Counted from the first letter of the whole stretch, positions 1 to 11,891 are shown. The stretch is DNA of 63,425 bases, filler included, from Blastocystis sp. subtype 4 (GCF_000743755.1; 32 parts of 32 records of this genome joined end to end with filler, not necessarily neighbours in it); one strand, 5' to 3'. The notes: generated by a model from the letters alone, not told the origin. Program-made: numbers and translations.

Positions 1-184
1 GTTTGATCAAATAAAAGTGCCTGTCACTATTCTGCAAGACCCTAAGATCGTCATCTTAGATCTCGACAAGCTATCTTCATTCTACTAAGGTCCTGACAAC
101 GCTTCAGCTTTACATCACCTACAACATTGTCAGTGGTGGTACCTTTCCAGTTATTCCATAGTTGCTTTTTTGTTTGTTTTTTAT

Positions 185-367
185 ATGGATTACTGGATAA
201 CCGACCTCATCATCGATATGAAGACGTACCGTTCGCAGGACCTAAGTCCTCTCGAGCAAGCTTACTCTATCTCTCACCCATCAATTTCGCATATAAGATA
301 TTGGCGCCTTATATCCCATGAGAAATCTCTGAATGAGAACTTGATCAAGCAAATTCAAATACGCTAA
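185..367 (+). CDS. Small intronless hypothetical protein (putative viral-element ORF)
   Basis: ATG-initiated 60-aa ORF in a contig of compact intronless ORFs; no family recognised. Confidence 0.35.
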   Translation: MDYWITDLIIDMKTYRSQDLSPLEQAYSISHPSISHIRYWRLISHEKSLNENLIKQIQIR

Positions 368-536
368 CTTCTATATAAACACCATCATAATTATCAAACT
401 TTTTCATTATGGGTTCATTACAATTTGTTTTTCTCAATTTGATCTTTGATCAAATGTTTGCTCTGCAAATCTCCATCTAAACCTGTTTATTTTACTAGAA
501 ACATGTTATGATCCTTTTGTTTTGTAAAAGTAAGGT

Positions 537-598
537 ATTTTTCCTCCATATAGTAAAGATGAATGCAATTTTTCCTCCATATAGTAAAGATGAATGCA
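537..598 (+). repeat. Exact 31-bp tandem duplication spanning an ORF start
   Basis: ATTTTTCCTCCATATAGTAAAGATGAATGCA occurs twice (537-567, 568-598). Confidence 0.9.
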
Positions 599-826
599 AT
601 TGGTGCAATCCCTATTGAGAATCGTTTCACATTGGAATCCGATATGGTCAATTACCTTAATCAGCATGATGGTTATTTCCGCGTGTATCGATATTTCACA
701 ACCAAAGTAAATGATGAAGCTATAACATTCCTCAAGAAAAGCAATTTGGTGACAGATATTGTCCATACAATCAGCCTACAACAAATGGATGGATATGTAA
801 AACACTATTTGATTGAGCGGTTGTAG
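590..826 (+). CDS. Small intronless hypothetical protein (putative viral-element ORF)
   Basis: ORF MNAIGAIPIENRF... preceded by TAGTAAAG-ATG, resembling other element start contexts. Confidence 0.4.
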   Translation: MNAIGAIPIENRFTLESDMVNYLNQHDGYFRVYRYFTTKVNDEAITFLKKSNLVTDIVHTISLQQMDGYVKHYLIERL

Positions 827-897
827 TTAATTCATCATCAAGCCATTTTATTGGTTCAGGTTATTTTCACTTTGACCATACAAAGTGAATATGCTGT

Positions 898-1898
898 TTA
901 ATCTACGATTAAACTGAATAATGCCTTGTTTAAACTTCCTGTACAACAAGATAACAAGGTACAAATCTTTTGAGTACTTTTGAGTACTATCCCAATATCC
1001 GATGAAAGGGTTATTGAGAAGGATACATATGCATTTGTGGGTTTGAAAATGGTATCAAATGTCAATCTAACTGCTTCATCTTGAAGTGTTTGTGTAACAG
1101 TGAATACATCAGTTCCTGACAGTGTTAATGTGTATTGAGCATTTTCAGTCACAGCAGTATCCTGTAGATAGCCATTCAGATGGAAAGTGAGTCTATAGGT
1201 CTTTCCAATGGTGACAGTAGGGATTTGAGTTGGATTGATACTAGTGAATACTCCATAATTATCACTTGTTATGTTGATTGGTTTGTGAATATGTTTGAAT
1301 CACTTTGCACTTGCATTTCTACACAGAATGCCTGTTTCGCAGCATCTTGATGTTCAGACCATGTGTATGTGCCATTATTGTTGTTAAGGAGATAGTTTCC
1401 ATTGGTTGGAGGAAGAATGATACTTCTTGCACTTCCTTGATTGTATGTAACGATTTGATTCTTGGATGAATCTAAGTTCCAACAATGACGCATGATATTA
1501 TTTGCATTCATTGATACCCAATTCCATCCTTGTGAATCTTTCTGTAAATACCAAGAACCAGTTCCTGGGAGTTTCATTGAAGAAACAGATGTTCCATTCC
1601 AAAGAGGAAACACTGGTTGATTTGTTGTACCGTCTATTGAGAATATATCAGTGAATATATTGTCAGAAGTTAGCTTTGTGAATGTGTTGTTAGTACTAAC
1701 ATTGAGAATATAGATGCCTTTTGTAGAAGGGAGATTGATAGGTGAGAAAGTGGTATCGGATGTGAAATAAGGAATGGTACCAGATGAAGTAACAGTAATG
1801 GGATTGCCTGTAGCTGTGCGAAAGAATGATGAATCGATATGATCAATTCCAGCAGCAGCTGCATCTGCTTGTACAAGGGAATATCCAGATCCATCATA
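898..1898 (-). pseudogene. Fibre/spike-like T/S/N/G-rich protein, 5'-truncated, one frameshift near 1290
   Basis: Open frame from contig edge (YDGSGYSLVQADAAAAG...VFPLWNGTSVSS...LPPTNGNYLLNNNNGTYTW) continues after a frameshift as KPINITSDNYGVF...TENAQYTLTLSG; no introns. Fibre-like call rests on composition only. Confidence 0.45.
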
Positions 1899-1899
1899 G

Positions 1900-1999
1900 N
1901 NNNNNNNNNNNNNNNNNNNNNNNNNNNNNNNNNNNNNNNNNNNTTAATTAATTAANNNNNNNNNNNNNNNNNNNNNNNNNNNNNNNNNNNNNNNNNNNN
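1900..1999. other. Artificial contig linker N44-TTAATTAATTAA-N44 (first of 31 in the window)
   Basis: The same 100-bp linker, with stops in all six frames, recurs every ~1.8-3.4 kb (3909, 5880, 7883 ... 61662). Confidence 0.98.
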
Positions 2000-2354
2000 A
2001 ATGAAGATTTGAAGAATGTAATCAACACTACTCGAGATGTTGCTAGTAATCTGAAGAATGAAGCGATTGATCAAGTGAATGGTAGAGGAAGTGTATTTAG
2101 AGGTGGATCTGTTGTTTCAAGTGTAGAATGTGGAGGCGGATTGCATGTAAGAAGAAGTAATATCGATGATGAGGTAGATGATTATGATATGATGAGTGTT
2201 GGTGTGAAAGTATATGATGATAGTGTTACAAATGATCCAGTAGAAGAAACAGAGAATAANATACAAATCATTGAATGGTGTAGGAGGATTTCGAACTCAA
2301 GCAGTTAGTTGTGGTAAGTTGCGTGCTGTTAGAACAAAGAGATTGGCATTGTAA
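2000..2354 (+). CDS. C-terminal part of an intronless protein with GRG/GGS/GGG motifs and a basic tail (possible capsid or core protein tail)
   Basis: ORF 2009-2308; an ambiguous base at 2260 may hide an indel giving ...YKSLNGVGGFRTQAVSCGKLRAVRTKRLAL*. Confidence 0.35.
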
Positions 2355-2384
2355 CATGATAATGTTTTGTTGTTGTTTGACTTT

Positions 2385-2537
2385 GTGTGTTCGTTTAGTG
2401 ATTTGAACATGCCAGGAGTTCGTATGAGTGATTTGCGTTCGGTTCAGTTTGATGTGCGTGATCGTCATGGTGAAGTAGTATCAATCGCTTCTGACATCTA
2501 CATCAACATCCGTTTGAGTGTGAACGGAAAGGTTTAA
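2385..2537 (+). pseudogene. C-terminal fragment of penton (minor capsid)-like protein
   Basis: Translates VCSFSDLNMPGVRMSDLRSVQFDVRDRHGEVVSIASDIYINIRLSVNGKV*; homologous copies near 47835, 58425 and 34240(-). Confidence 0.6.
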
Positions 2538-2569
2538 TTTAATCTCGATTAAATGGTTGTTAAGATGAT

Positions 2570-3270
2570 TATTCACTTTGGTTGATTCACTTTGTGAAAA
2601 TGCAAAATCTATGATTTTGGTGTAGTAGGGTGTAGTAGGTAGTGTAGTAGCTTACAAAGAAGTAGGCTACTACACTAAAAAGCCCATAAACTGGCTCATT
2701 TATGGGGATATTCTTTTTATTTATGAGGGTTTAACTGACTTATTTATGAAGGTGTAGTAGGTGTAGTAGGTGTAGTAGCCTGTTTTTCAATTCGCCAAAA
2801 CTTTTTGGAGGCTACTACACTACTACACTACTACATCCTCATAACAAGTCAGTAAAACCCTCATAACAAGTCAGTAAAACCCTCATAACAATAATCAAAT
2901 CCTCATAAATGAGCCATTTTATGAGGGATTAAGTGTAGTAGCCTACTTCTTTGTAAGACACTTCACTTTTCACAATAATCACAAAATCTCATTATTGATG
3001 ATAAAATAAAATCTTCTTGATAATAATCATGATTATGTTTATTCACTTTGATTGATTCACAAAATAGTGAATGAAAATCTATGATTTGGTGTAGTAGGGT
3101 GTAGTAGGTAGTGTAGTAGGTTACAAAGAAGTAGACTACTACACTTAAACCCTCATAAACTGGCTCATTTATGGGATATTCTTTTTATTTATAAGGGTTT
3201 AAGTGACTTATTTATGAGGGTGTAGTAGGTGTAGTAGCCTGTTTTTCAATTTTGCAAAGATTTTTGGTAG
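2570..3270. repeat. TGTAGTAG-rich direct/inverted repeat array (A - inverted A' - A)
   Basis: Perfect 26-bp inverted repeat 2651-2676 / 2932-2957; unit ~2570-2810 repeated directly at ~3040-3265; related copy at 48049-48232. Confidence 0.9.
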
Positions 3271-3680
3271 AATTAAGTAGTAGTGTTTTGACGCATGTTA
3301 CATATTTTTATTATCCAGACAAACCGTCGCAAACATGGGCCTCCAACCCTGGGTAGCTATACAGGGTTAACCCTACCAGACAAAATCGCCACGAAAATGC
3401 AGACAAAAAGGCCCATAAACAAGCTCGAAAAGGCAGACATTTTGATCATAATTTGGAAACATATCCAACCCATTTCAAGTCAAATCATGGGCAACAATCA
3501 AGCACAAAATAATTGACACACGTTAACAATGGCTTACAATGGTCAGCAACCCTACCAGCAATATGGGACAATAATTTTGCCGTTGATTTACCTTACATTA
3601 TTAACAATGGTCAACAATGGCTAACAGTGACAGACAAAGTGAAGAACATATATTTTGTTGTTAATTCTTTCTAGCAATAA

Positions 3681-3908
3681 ATGCATTATTCAATAATCAT
3701 TCAAGGTAAACCATCAAATGGATCATTCACATGGGATAATCCTTACCGTTTTAAAAATCCATACATTACTATGATGAAGGTACTATTAACGCCTACTTCT
3801 ACCGCACTATTTTCAAACATTGATCAAACCAATACTGTATCTAATGGTAAAGGAGAATCTGTAGTATTTGAGAAAGGATATTATACTCTAGCTGAGATAA
3901 TCGCTATC
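3681..3908 (+). CDS. N-terminal part of penton (minor capsid)-like protein, 3'-truncated
   Basis: SFTWDNPYRF..MKVLL..FSNIDQTNT...VVFEKGYYTLAEII matches the N-terminal pattern of Polinton/adintovirus pentons; TAAATG start context. Confidence 0.55.
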
Positions 3909-4008
3909 NNNNNNNNNNNNNNNNNNNNNNNNNNNNNNNNNNNNNNNNNNNNTTAATTAATTAANNNNNNNNNNNNNNNNNNNNNNNNNNNNNNNNNNNN
4001 NNNNNNNN

Positions 4009-5628
4009 AGTCTTACCACTTCCTACACGACCCACGACAGCCACTAAAGCTCCCTTGGGAATACGAACAGAGATATCCTTGAGACAATTTTCATTTTCAC
4101 CCCATGCGAAGTAACCATCCTGAATAACTACAGCATCCTTAGAAGCATCATAATCCTTGAGTTCCTTCTCCTCACCGTTGATTGTCTTGTATTTGAGTAC
4201 ACTTCCAGCAGGCACATCACGCTCAACCAATGTAGGATCCACATCTGGAAGGTCGAGGAAATCTGTGATACGCTTGATCGAGACACGGAACTGAACGAAC
4301 ACGAAAGCAACCATAGGCAACATCATGAATGGAACCTGAAGGATCTTGAAATAGGAGAACGAAGCATATGCAGTAGATGGATCCAGAGGTTTTCCGACTA
4401 CAGTAGGATAGAGAGCAAAGCAGACTAAGGGAACGATATTGGGAATCAATGTCAAAAGAGTATCAATACCCAGACTCATAAGCCAAGTCATCTTCTTGTG
4501 ATAATCCAGTTCAGTATGACGGATATCATAAACCTTTCCCTTGAACGGTTTTTCCCAACAATAATACTTAATAATACGAATACCTGTCAGAATCTCATTC
4601 GTCAGCTTCACACGAGCATCTGTAGCTTTCAAGATATTTGTTCGAATCTTCTGAGCAAAGCATACAGTGAAGAACTGAAGAAGGAGCATGAGAAGATAAA
4701 TACCCAATGCTACAAAGGTGAGTTCCTTCATAAGATTCCACACCATAATAACACAAATGATAAGCTAAAAATGAGTGCAACAACGAATCTCAACCATGAA
4801 AGGGATCATGACAAACATAGTCACCACTAACGTAAACATCAACAAGGAGTTAGTATCTGTCGACATCAGATTCACCAATTGACCTGTAGACGTAGTACCT
4901 TTGGCAGCTGAACTTAATCGCAAGGCCTTTCGATAGATAGCTTCTGAAGTCATGGCTTTCATGGTGACAGCCACTTTCACAATCATCATTTGGACAGCAG
5001 AATTCATAAGAGCAGTAATCATAGGAAGGACTAAAAGAACAACAGCATATATCCAGTAGCGTTCACTATCTATGAATAAGAAGTTCTAGTTCACATCAAC
5101 TGGCACGGTTATTATGAAGATCAGCAGTGAACAACTGTAGGACAATAGTCGGTGAGAAGGTTAGGAACATTGCTACAATATTTAGCACCATAGCCAAAGA
5201 CCAATAGCCAACACCAGTTGCACGAATAATCGCCATGACAAGCGAACGTTTCTTTTCAGGTTTATTCAATTCTTTATTCCATTCTCTCTCGAAACTGGCA
5301 TACATCATCGATGGTTTCATCGTTTTTGAGCTGACCCCCAAATCGTTAGCATTCAAAGGCCGTTTACCACCTGTGTGCAACAACTTGGATATGAAAGATA
5401 CCCTATTCATCAATCACATCCATCTTCACAACGTAATCCATGAGAAGAAATTGGAATGATCATAATAGCAATAGTCATTAGGAACTAAGCCAGCAGGTTG
5501 ATTGACTTCGGATGAAGGACTCGTTGTGGGCTGTGAACGAATGCCTGAATTAGATTCAGGTGGTACTCCCACTTGCGTCATTTCGATCTATTGTTAATAT
5601 TCTGGAGAAATAAAACATCTTTGGCCAT
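4009..5628 (-). CDS. ABCC/MRP-type ABC transporter, N-terminal half (spliced, 3'-truncated)
   Basis: TMD1 motifs (GQLVNLMSTD, EILTGIRIIKYYCWE), Walker A GRVGSGKT; ~30-nt GT-AG introns. Confidence 0.92.
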
Positions 5629-5980
5629 CTATGAAGTGTGCGGAAGAAAAAGAATGGGAATTGACTTCAATTCTATTAGAATTCTGTAGCTCGTTCTGTG
5701 GGATATCGTTGCTGAATCCCGTCACATGGTATAGAACACTATTCGAAATACTGAACAACTAAAAGATTAGTCTATATCTTATGTCACTTGTTTCTTAACA
5801 AAGACTCCATAAAACAACAATCCCATTACTAGTACACTTAATCTACTTCCTCCATTTCACCTTCTCCTTCCTCTTCCTTNNNNNNNNNNNNNNNNNNNNN
5901 NNNNNNNNNNNNNNNNNNNNNNNTTAATTAATTAANNNNNNNNNNNNNNNNNNNNNNNNNNNNNNNNNNNNNNNNNNNNT

Positions 5981-6800
5981 TCAAATTCAACATACAATTC
6001 TTATTATCATTCAATACACTCTCTTTCAAGTACTCTTTCCACTTCATTCTCCATTCTACTCCATTCATCTTCTTTGATGTTGATTCAACATTATCTACAC
6101 TCATATTCTTATTATCAATCATTCTTTCTATGATATTATGATTTATTGGCTTATTTCATTCCACTTATTCATACCGCGGGAATCATCTCTATTCTAACAT
6201 ATCATTCATAGTCATATCTTGCTTTCTCATCCTCTATATCATCAATTTGTTATTATTTCGTTAATTCTACTTAGTTTGTGTTTCTATTCATCATAGTTGC
6301 ATCACTACATGCAACTGTACTTGTGTGTTGATGGTTGAATATGGATTGTTGCACCATTCTTCATCATTTGTGTTATCATCACTTTGGTTGTGATAATGAT
6401 GATTATCATTCAAATCATCAAGAGGAATCGATCAACTGATGAAGTGAAGGAAACAATGATTCTCAACAAGACTACAACTGATACGAACAATCCACACTAT
6501 GTTATCTTTGTTTCATTCTCTAATCATTCTCTTTCATTCATATCTCACTATTCTACTATATTCTACTATCATCTCTTCATTCCTATTCAATATTACTGAA
6601 TACAATCACGGGAATATCATTCTCATCATCATTTCTTATTTCCATTCATATCTACACTCTCATATCATATCAATTCTATTCATATCTCACAATTCATCAA
6701 CATCACTTTCTCACTCAGTCCCAATCACATCAATTTGTTATCATTTCATTAATTCTCATCCGTTAATTTCTTCATCACTAATTGTTTCATATGATTGTTG
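5981..6800 (+). repeat. Dispersed non-coding repeat upstream of expanded-family genes
   Basis: Close reverse-complement matches at ~20700-20923 and ~62860-63425, direct match at ~37130-37560. Confidence 0.8.
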
Positions 6801-7882
6801 CTATTCTTCACATTCTGTTTCATTCTTCATTCTACTCTCATTTATAGTTATCCTTTCTTACTCTATTCAATGTTCATCTAACCAGGATTATGTTAAGATC
6901 ACTAAAACAACTACATATTATGCTTCTGAAGAGTCATTTGAGATTGTATCTGGTTCTTCTGTTCTTTTCACTTCTCCTCCATTCGATGATGATCAACAAT
7001 ATGTTTATGAAGTCTGTTTGACTGCTTCTTCTAATCATATCTTCAATCTCGTTATGAGGGATTCAAATGGTGATTATTGGTCTTCAGGTGCTTGGATTGA
7101 GATAGAAGGAATGAATGGAAACATTGTGTACAAGGAAATGATGACTGAAAGGAGTGTTCAAACAGAACAGTTCTCTCTGTATTCTCCTATCAACAAGAAT
7201 GATAGTTGGAAGTACACAAACAGTGTTTCAGACAGTTGGAAGGATGTGAGTTATTCAGATGTTGACTGGAGTGATGTTGTGACAGGAAGTACAACACAGT
7301 CAGTATCTGGAACTCAGTACTTCCGTAAAGTGTTCAATGGAGTTGAAGGGATGGCTGCTGTTGAAATCGAATTGAAGTATCAATATGGAATTGTTGCTTA
7401 TCTGAATGGAGTTGAAGTGTATCGAGATAACATGTCTGATGGACAACCATCAATTGATACTCTCGCTACTGGTAGTTACACTTCCTCTGATTATCATGGA
7501 CTCATTCGTTCTGCTTCTGAAGTGAGTGAATCGAATGTGTTATCTGTTGAAGTCCATTTCACAGATTCAAATCATGAAGAGATCATTCAATTCAATGGAT
7601 TCTTATCTCTATTGGCTGGAATGAGTTCAACCAACAATTGCTTCGTTTATCCTTATAATGTTACTGCCTCTTCTACTGACTTCGATGATCCTAGTTATGT
7701 TGTTGATTGGAGCTGTGATCTCTTTGCATCCTCCTGGAATCTACCGAGTTCGATGATGTTTGATTTTTCTGATTCTTCTATTCCACTCATCAATTCTTAT
7801 CGATTCTTACCAATTAGAGCTTCTGCAGCGCCTTCTTCATTCTCTATTGAAGGATCTGTATCAACTGATGACTCTTGGAACA
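6790..7882 (+). CDS. Ig-like/beta-sandwich surface protein family member, N-terminal part
   Basis: Signal-like hydrophobic segment, then family motifs WSSGAWI, YSPINKND, TQYFRK, GIVAYLNGVEVYRDNM shared with paralogs in the window. Confidence 0.75.
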
Positions 7883-7982
7883 NNNNNNNNNNNNNNNNNN
7901 NNNNNNNNNNNNNNNNNNNNNNNNNNTTAATTAATTAANNNNNNNNNNNNNNNNNNNNNNNNNNNNNNNNNNNNNNNNNNNN

Positions 7983-8893
7983 TGTCTTCTTGTACAACTG
8001 AATACGATTTGTAGAAGTAGGGAATGATCCTCTAGCAGCCTGAGACCAACCTGATGTATCATCACCAAACCAATTGGTAGGTACTTCACCCATCATATAA
8101 TACCATTGTTCTGAATGATTGATGACAGGACGACGAACATACACATTGTGAACATTATTCTGATAAGCATCATATCGTCCTTTCACAACCATCTCCTCTT
8201 CACCATCAGGTAATATATGATACAAATAGAAATAGGAGTTCTTCTCCCATGAGGTAGTCGTTGAATTGAACACAACATCAAATCGATCCACATCAATATC
8301 GATACAATGAATCCAATCCTTTCTCTCAGGATGTGTATGGTTAGCTGGAACTTCAAATATCACATTACCAGTGGCTGTATCATAAATACTGAAGAATTCT
8401 GACTCAGGACGCGATTGATAGGTTCGAACAATCTTATAATTCAAACATTCATCTCTTCTTGATTGCAAAGGATTCATATTGATAATCGAGGAAGAAAGTG
8501 AAAACTGTACAACTTGAACACTCTTCTCTGTCATTATGGTTTCTATCACAATGGCGCCAGTGATATCTCGAATCACAATCCAAGCACCATTACTCCAACC
8601 ATCATTTCCAGTATCCAGCATCTTGAGAGAATACAATGAAGAAACAGAGAAAGGTAAACAAACTTCCAATACCTGTTCTTGATTATCTTCAAACAATGGA
8701 GAAGAATACAACAACATATCTCCTCCAAAGATATGAAACGATTCTTCCTTCGCAAATAGAAGACTTCTTTTGGTAATACTCACATACACTTCATTAGGAA
8801 CACATTCAATACCATAAACAAGTCCAACTAACAATTAAGAGTCATCACTCAATACAACCCAGCAACAAAACAAGAACAATACGATCACACATA
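7983..8893 (-). CDS. Ig-like surface protein family member, partial
   Basis: EESF..., GWSNGAWI, KGRYDA...HSEQWYY motifs shared with 28178-28729. Confidence 0.7.
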
Positions 8894-9449
8894 GTAGAAC
8901 AAATTCCAACAATCACAATACAGAAGTACTATGTTCTGATGAAGTCTCCATTACTATATGATATAATTATCATAGCTAGTCAACTAACTACTGAACATGC
9001 ATGACTATACTTGTTCATTGCATTAAACACCTCATTACCATTTTCCGATCGAACATGGTTATTCTTAGTCTATAACAGATTTCATTTGATTTAATAACTT
9101 GGATTTCGTAGTCTCATAATTGAAATGAGATAAGCTTAGAAAAGAGAAGATGGATTAAGGCATCATGTGATGTAGTCCAATAGTGTTCTTAATCAAGTTG
9201 TAATAGTATCCCTGCAAATTTGCTATCATGAAATCATTAAAGCGAGAATTAAGAACACTTTAAGGAAAGGAGTTAGATTTCATGAGTTCTTCCCAGTATG
9301 AATACTTTTAGTCTTCCAAATGATCCTTTCTATGTGAATGCCAGATTAGTAATGAGAATCATGATGTCTTGAACAGTGGAATTGAACAATTCCCGTGGGA
9401 TTCATTCATCCTTTTACCATCTTCAAAGTGGCGGTAATGTTTGCTAACA

Positions 9450-9834
9450 TGAGTATGTTTTCCGATATCGTATGATTTCCTTTCTGTTGCTATATTTGAT
9501 ACTAATCCTTTCAAGTTTCTTTCTTTTGTTTGTTTGAGTGTAGTTGGTGACAGTACGTCTATTTCATGTGGATCGAAGACAAATGTGATGACAGTTGGAG
9601 TTTATAACAGTTTCTCTTGCAATTCTACCTGTTCCCGTTTTTCAGCTACTCCTGCTTTGCCTGCTGGTATTCTTTTTGCAAATGACACAATTTATGGAAC
9701 TCCTGTTGAGACCTCTTTGTTAATCACGTATACTTTTAGTTGTTCTAGAGATTATGGTACATTCTCTCTTGGAGGTGATAGTTGTGTTTTGTTCTCATTC
9801 GTAGTTCTTGGATATCCTACTGAGTTGAGTGCTG
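9450..9834 (+). CDS. Putative Ig (He_PIG-like) repeat protein, N-terminal fragment
   Basis: PALPAGI...IYGTP motif; short intron-like interruptions. Confidence 0.5.
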
Positions 9835-9934
9835 NNNNNNNNNNNNNNNNNNNNNNNNNNNNNNNNNNNNNNNNNNNNTTAATTAATTAANNNNNNNNNN
9901 NNNNNNNNNNNNNNNNNNNNNNNNNNNNNNNNNN

Positions 9935-10024
9935 CGTGAGGAGTATGCTGCCATGAGACAGAGTGGAAAGCTTGTTGCTGATGGTAACATCGCTAAGTAT
10001 GTTCCTGATCACGGAAAGCTTTGA
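9935..10024 (+). CDS. RPL10: 60S ribosomal protein L10 (uL16), C-terminal fragment
   Basis: REEYAAMRQSGKLVADGNIAKYVPDHGKL* resembles the RPL10 C-terminus; TGTTTGTT downstream. Confidence 0.7.
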   Translation, partial: REEYAAMRQSGKLVADGNIAKYVPDHGKL

Positions 10025-10114
10025 AACTATTGAGATTCTCAATAGTCATTCACAAAGGTGGAGTTGTTTGTTTGGAAACTCACATTCGATCTGCATTCTA
10101 CAAACAAACACTTA

Positions 10115-11531
10115 AATGCATAAGGGGAATGTATCTACGTTCAATATTGTACCTTGACAGAATCTGAGATACCATCATCTGTCGAATTTGACTACAACTT
10201 CCTCCAAAGCAATCACGATGAAACAACACTGAAGTCCCGAAAGAACCATCACAACTTTGTGGAATCCACGTCCGGTGCACCAAAATAGAGATAACAGATT
10301 GATCCTGACGATGATTCTTTCTTGAACTGCCATTAGGCGATATACATTTACGAGTATACGCACATTCCAAAAATGGAATAATAAGGGATTTGATTACTGT
10401 GGCATTCCTGTAATCAAACAACATATAACCTCCAGAACACATATCTTTTCCTCTGCGAATATGAGAAATAGAATAGTGACTCATCATATACTGAAAGGTT
10501 CTGGGATGGGTCCATTGTTGAACCGAACCACCACTACTTGGAGAATAGAATCCAAATTGTTTCGCACGATGAATATCCGACAGTATGCTTTCTGGAAGGA
10601 TACTACCTCCATCTGCCCAAATTGTTAGATGCCGACTCTCCTTAAGTACGTCCACAATACTGATAACCTTCCAAGAATAACCTCCACGAATAGATCTATT
10701 GGTAATATTCCACCAACTAGGGAAATGTTTGAAACAGAACTTGCGGTAATAGATTACTGCAGATGAATTCAGATATGTATGAATCCGATGAATTTGGTCC
10801 AATTCATCCCATAAAACATGTAAATGCGAAGCGGTAATTCCATAGTCAACCAACACAAATGATGTGAAACAATTCTGAATCACAATTGAATATAGAAGAT
10901 TTAGAGTTGTGTAAAAGTGGTTATCTGAACAACCTGTAACAATAATATAATCACAATCCTGAAAGGCAAGATTTGAAACATCTCCTAAATTAATAAATGC
11001 TGGAACAGATTGTATTTCAACACGTTCATAACGCAAGGACTTGTTGTTGTACAATTCAGAAAAGGGGACTGGATATTCGATTTCTGGATAATCATAAACT
11101 AGAAGTAAGAGTTGTGTCAATGATCATCACTATTTGTAGTGTTTAATCCAAATCTAGGAAGCCATTTGAAATTGTTATATGTATCATCCTCCTGGTACCC
11201 TCCACTGATTTGAGGACGATCTATATCAAATATAACACCCGAATCTACTTAGGTTTTTGGCTTTCGCAATAGCGGTAATACGATATATCGAGTTGTTTTC
11301 ACTAATTTTTATCGTCCTGTCCTTATAGTAACACAACGAACTAGCTGGAATATATACACGATATGTTGCACGATCATAAAGCACTGAATATTCCATTAAT
11401 AGTAAAAAGGGAGATACTGATATCACGTAGGATTGTGGAGGACAAACATACCGGGACACATAGAACAAGCCGACCAAAACATAAACGCCCACAAATACGC
11501 AAACACAAAGGTGATGCTTCATCTGCTGCAC
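10115..11531 (-). CDS. DUF1647-like (glycosyltransferase-like) type II membrane protein, spliced
   Basis: VTGCSDNHF, YSWK, WADGGS, HRQDQSVIS motifs; N-terminal TM segment; probable polyA-created stop at 10115. Confidence 0.7.
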
Positions 11532-11891
11532 ATCCCTGAATAGAAATAATCCGTCTAGAACTCAACGTACAAATCTGAGGATGAAACCCAATTGATGCAT
11601 TTGAATACTATATTGAATCGCGGGAATCAATGGTTTTTGCTACCCAAGAGAATCAGAATCATGGAGTGATGCGTAACTTCAGTGTTCATTATGGGTATCT
11701 TTCTGAAAGAGGAAATCGAGTTGTTCATTCAAACAATGGAATCTGTTGTACATTATCAGAGTATACCAAATAGTAGAAACTGTTTATGATANNNNNNNNN
11801 NNNNNNNNNNNNNNNNNNNNNNNNNNNNNNNNNNNTTAATTAATTAANNNNNNNNNNNNNNNNNNNNNNNNNNNNNNNNNNNNNNNNNNNN

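Noticed and set aside
1..160. Possible further penton-like C-terminal remnant
   Set aside because: Too short and broken to support
1900..1999. Regularly spaced TTAATTAATTAA palindromes
   Set aside because: Artificial linker inside N runs; not biological, and gene neighbourhoods across it are meaningless
2570..3270. Possible CRISPR array or telomeric repeat
   Set aside because: No constant repeat with unique spacers, no cas genes, and not a homogeneous telomere-type tandem
3295..3516. 73-aa ORF between the array and the penton-like start
   Set aside because: No recognisable motif; the region looks non-coding, with a small hairpin AACCCTG..CAGGGTT at 3345-3368
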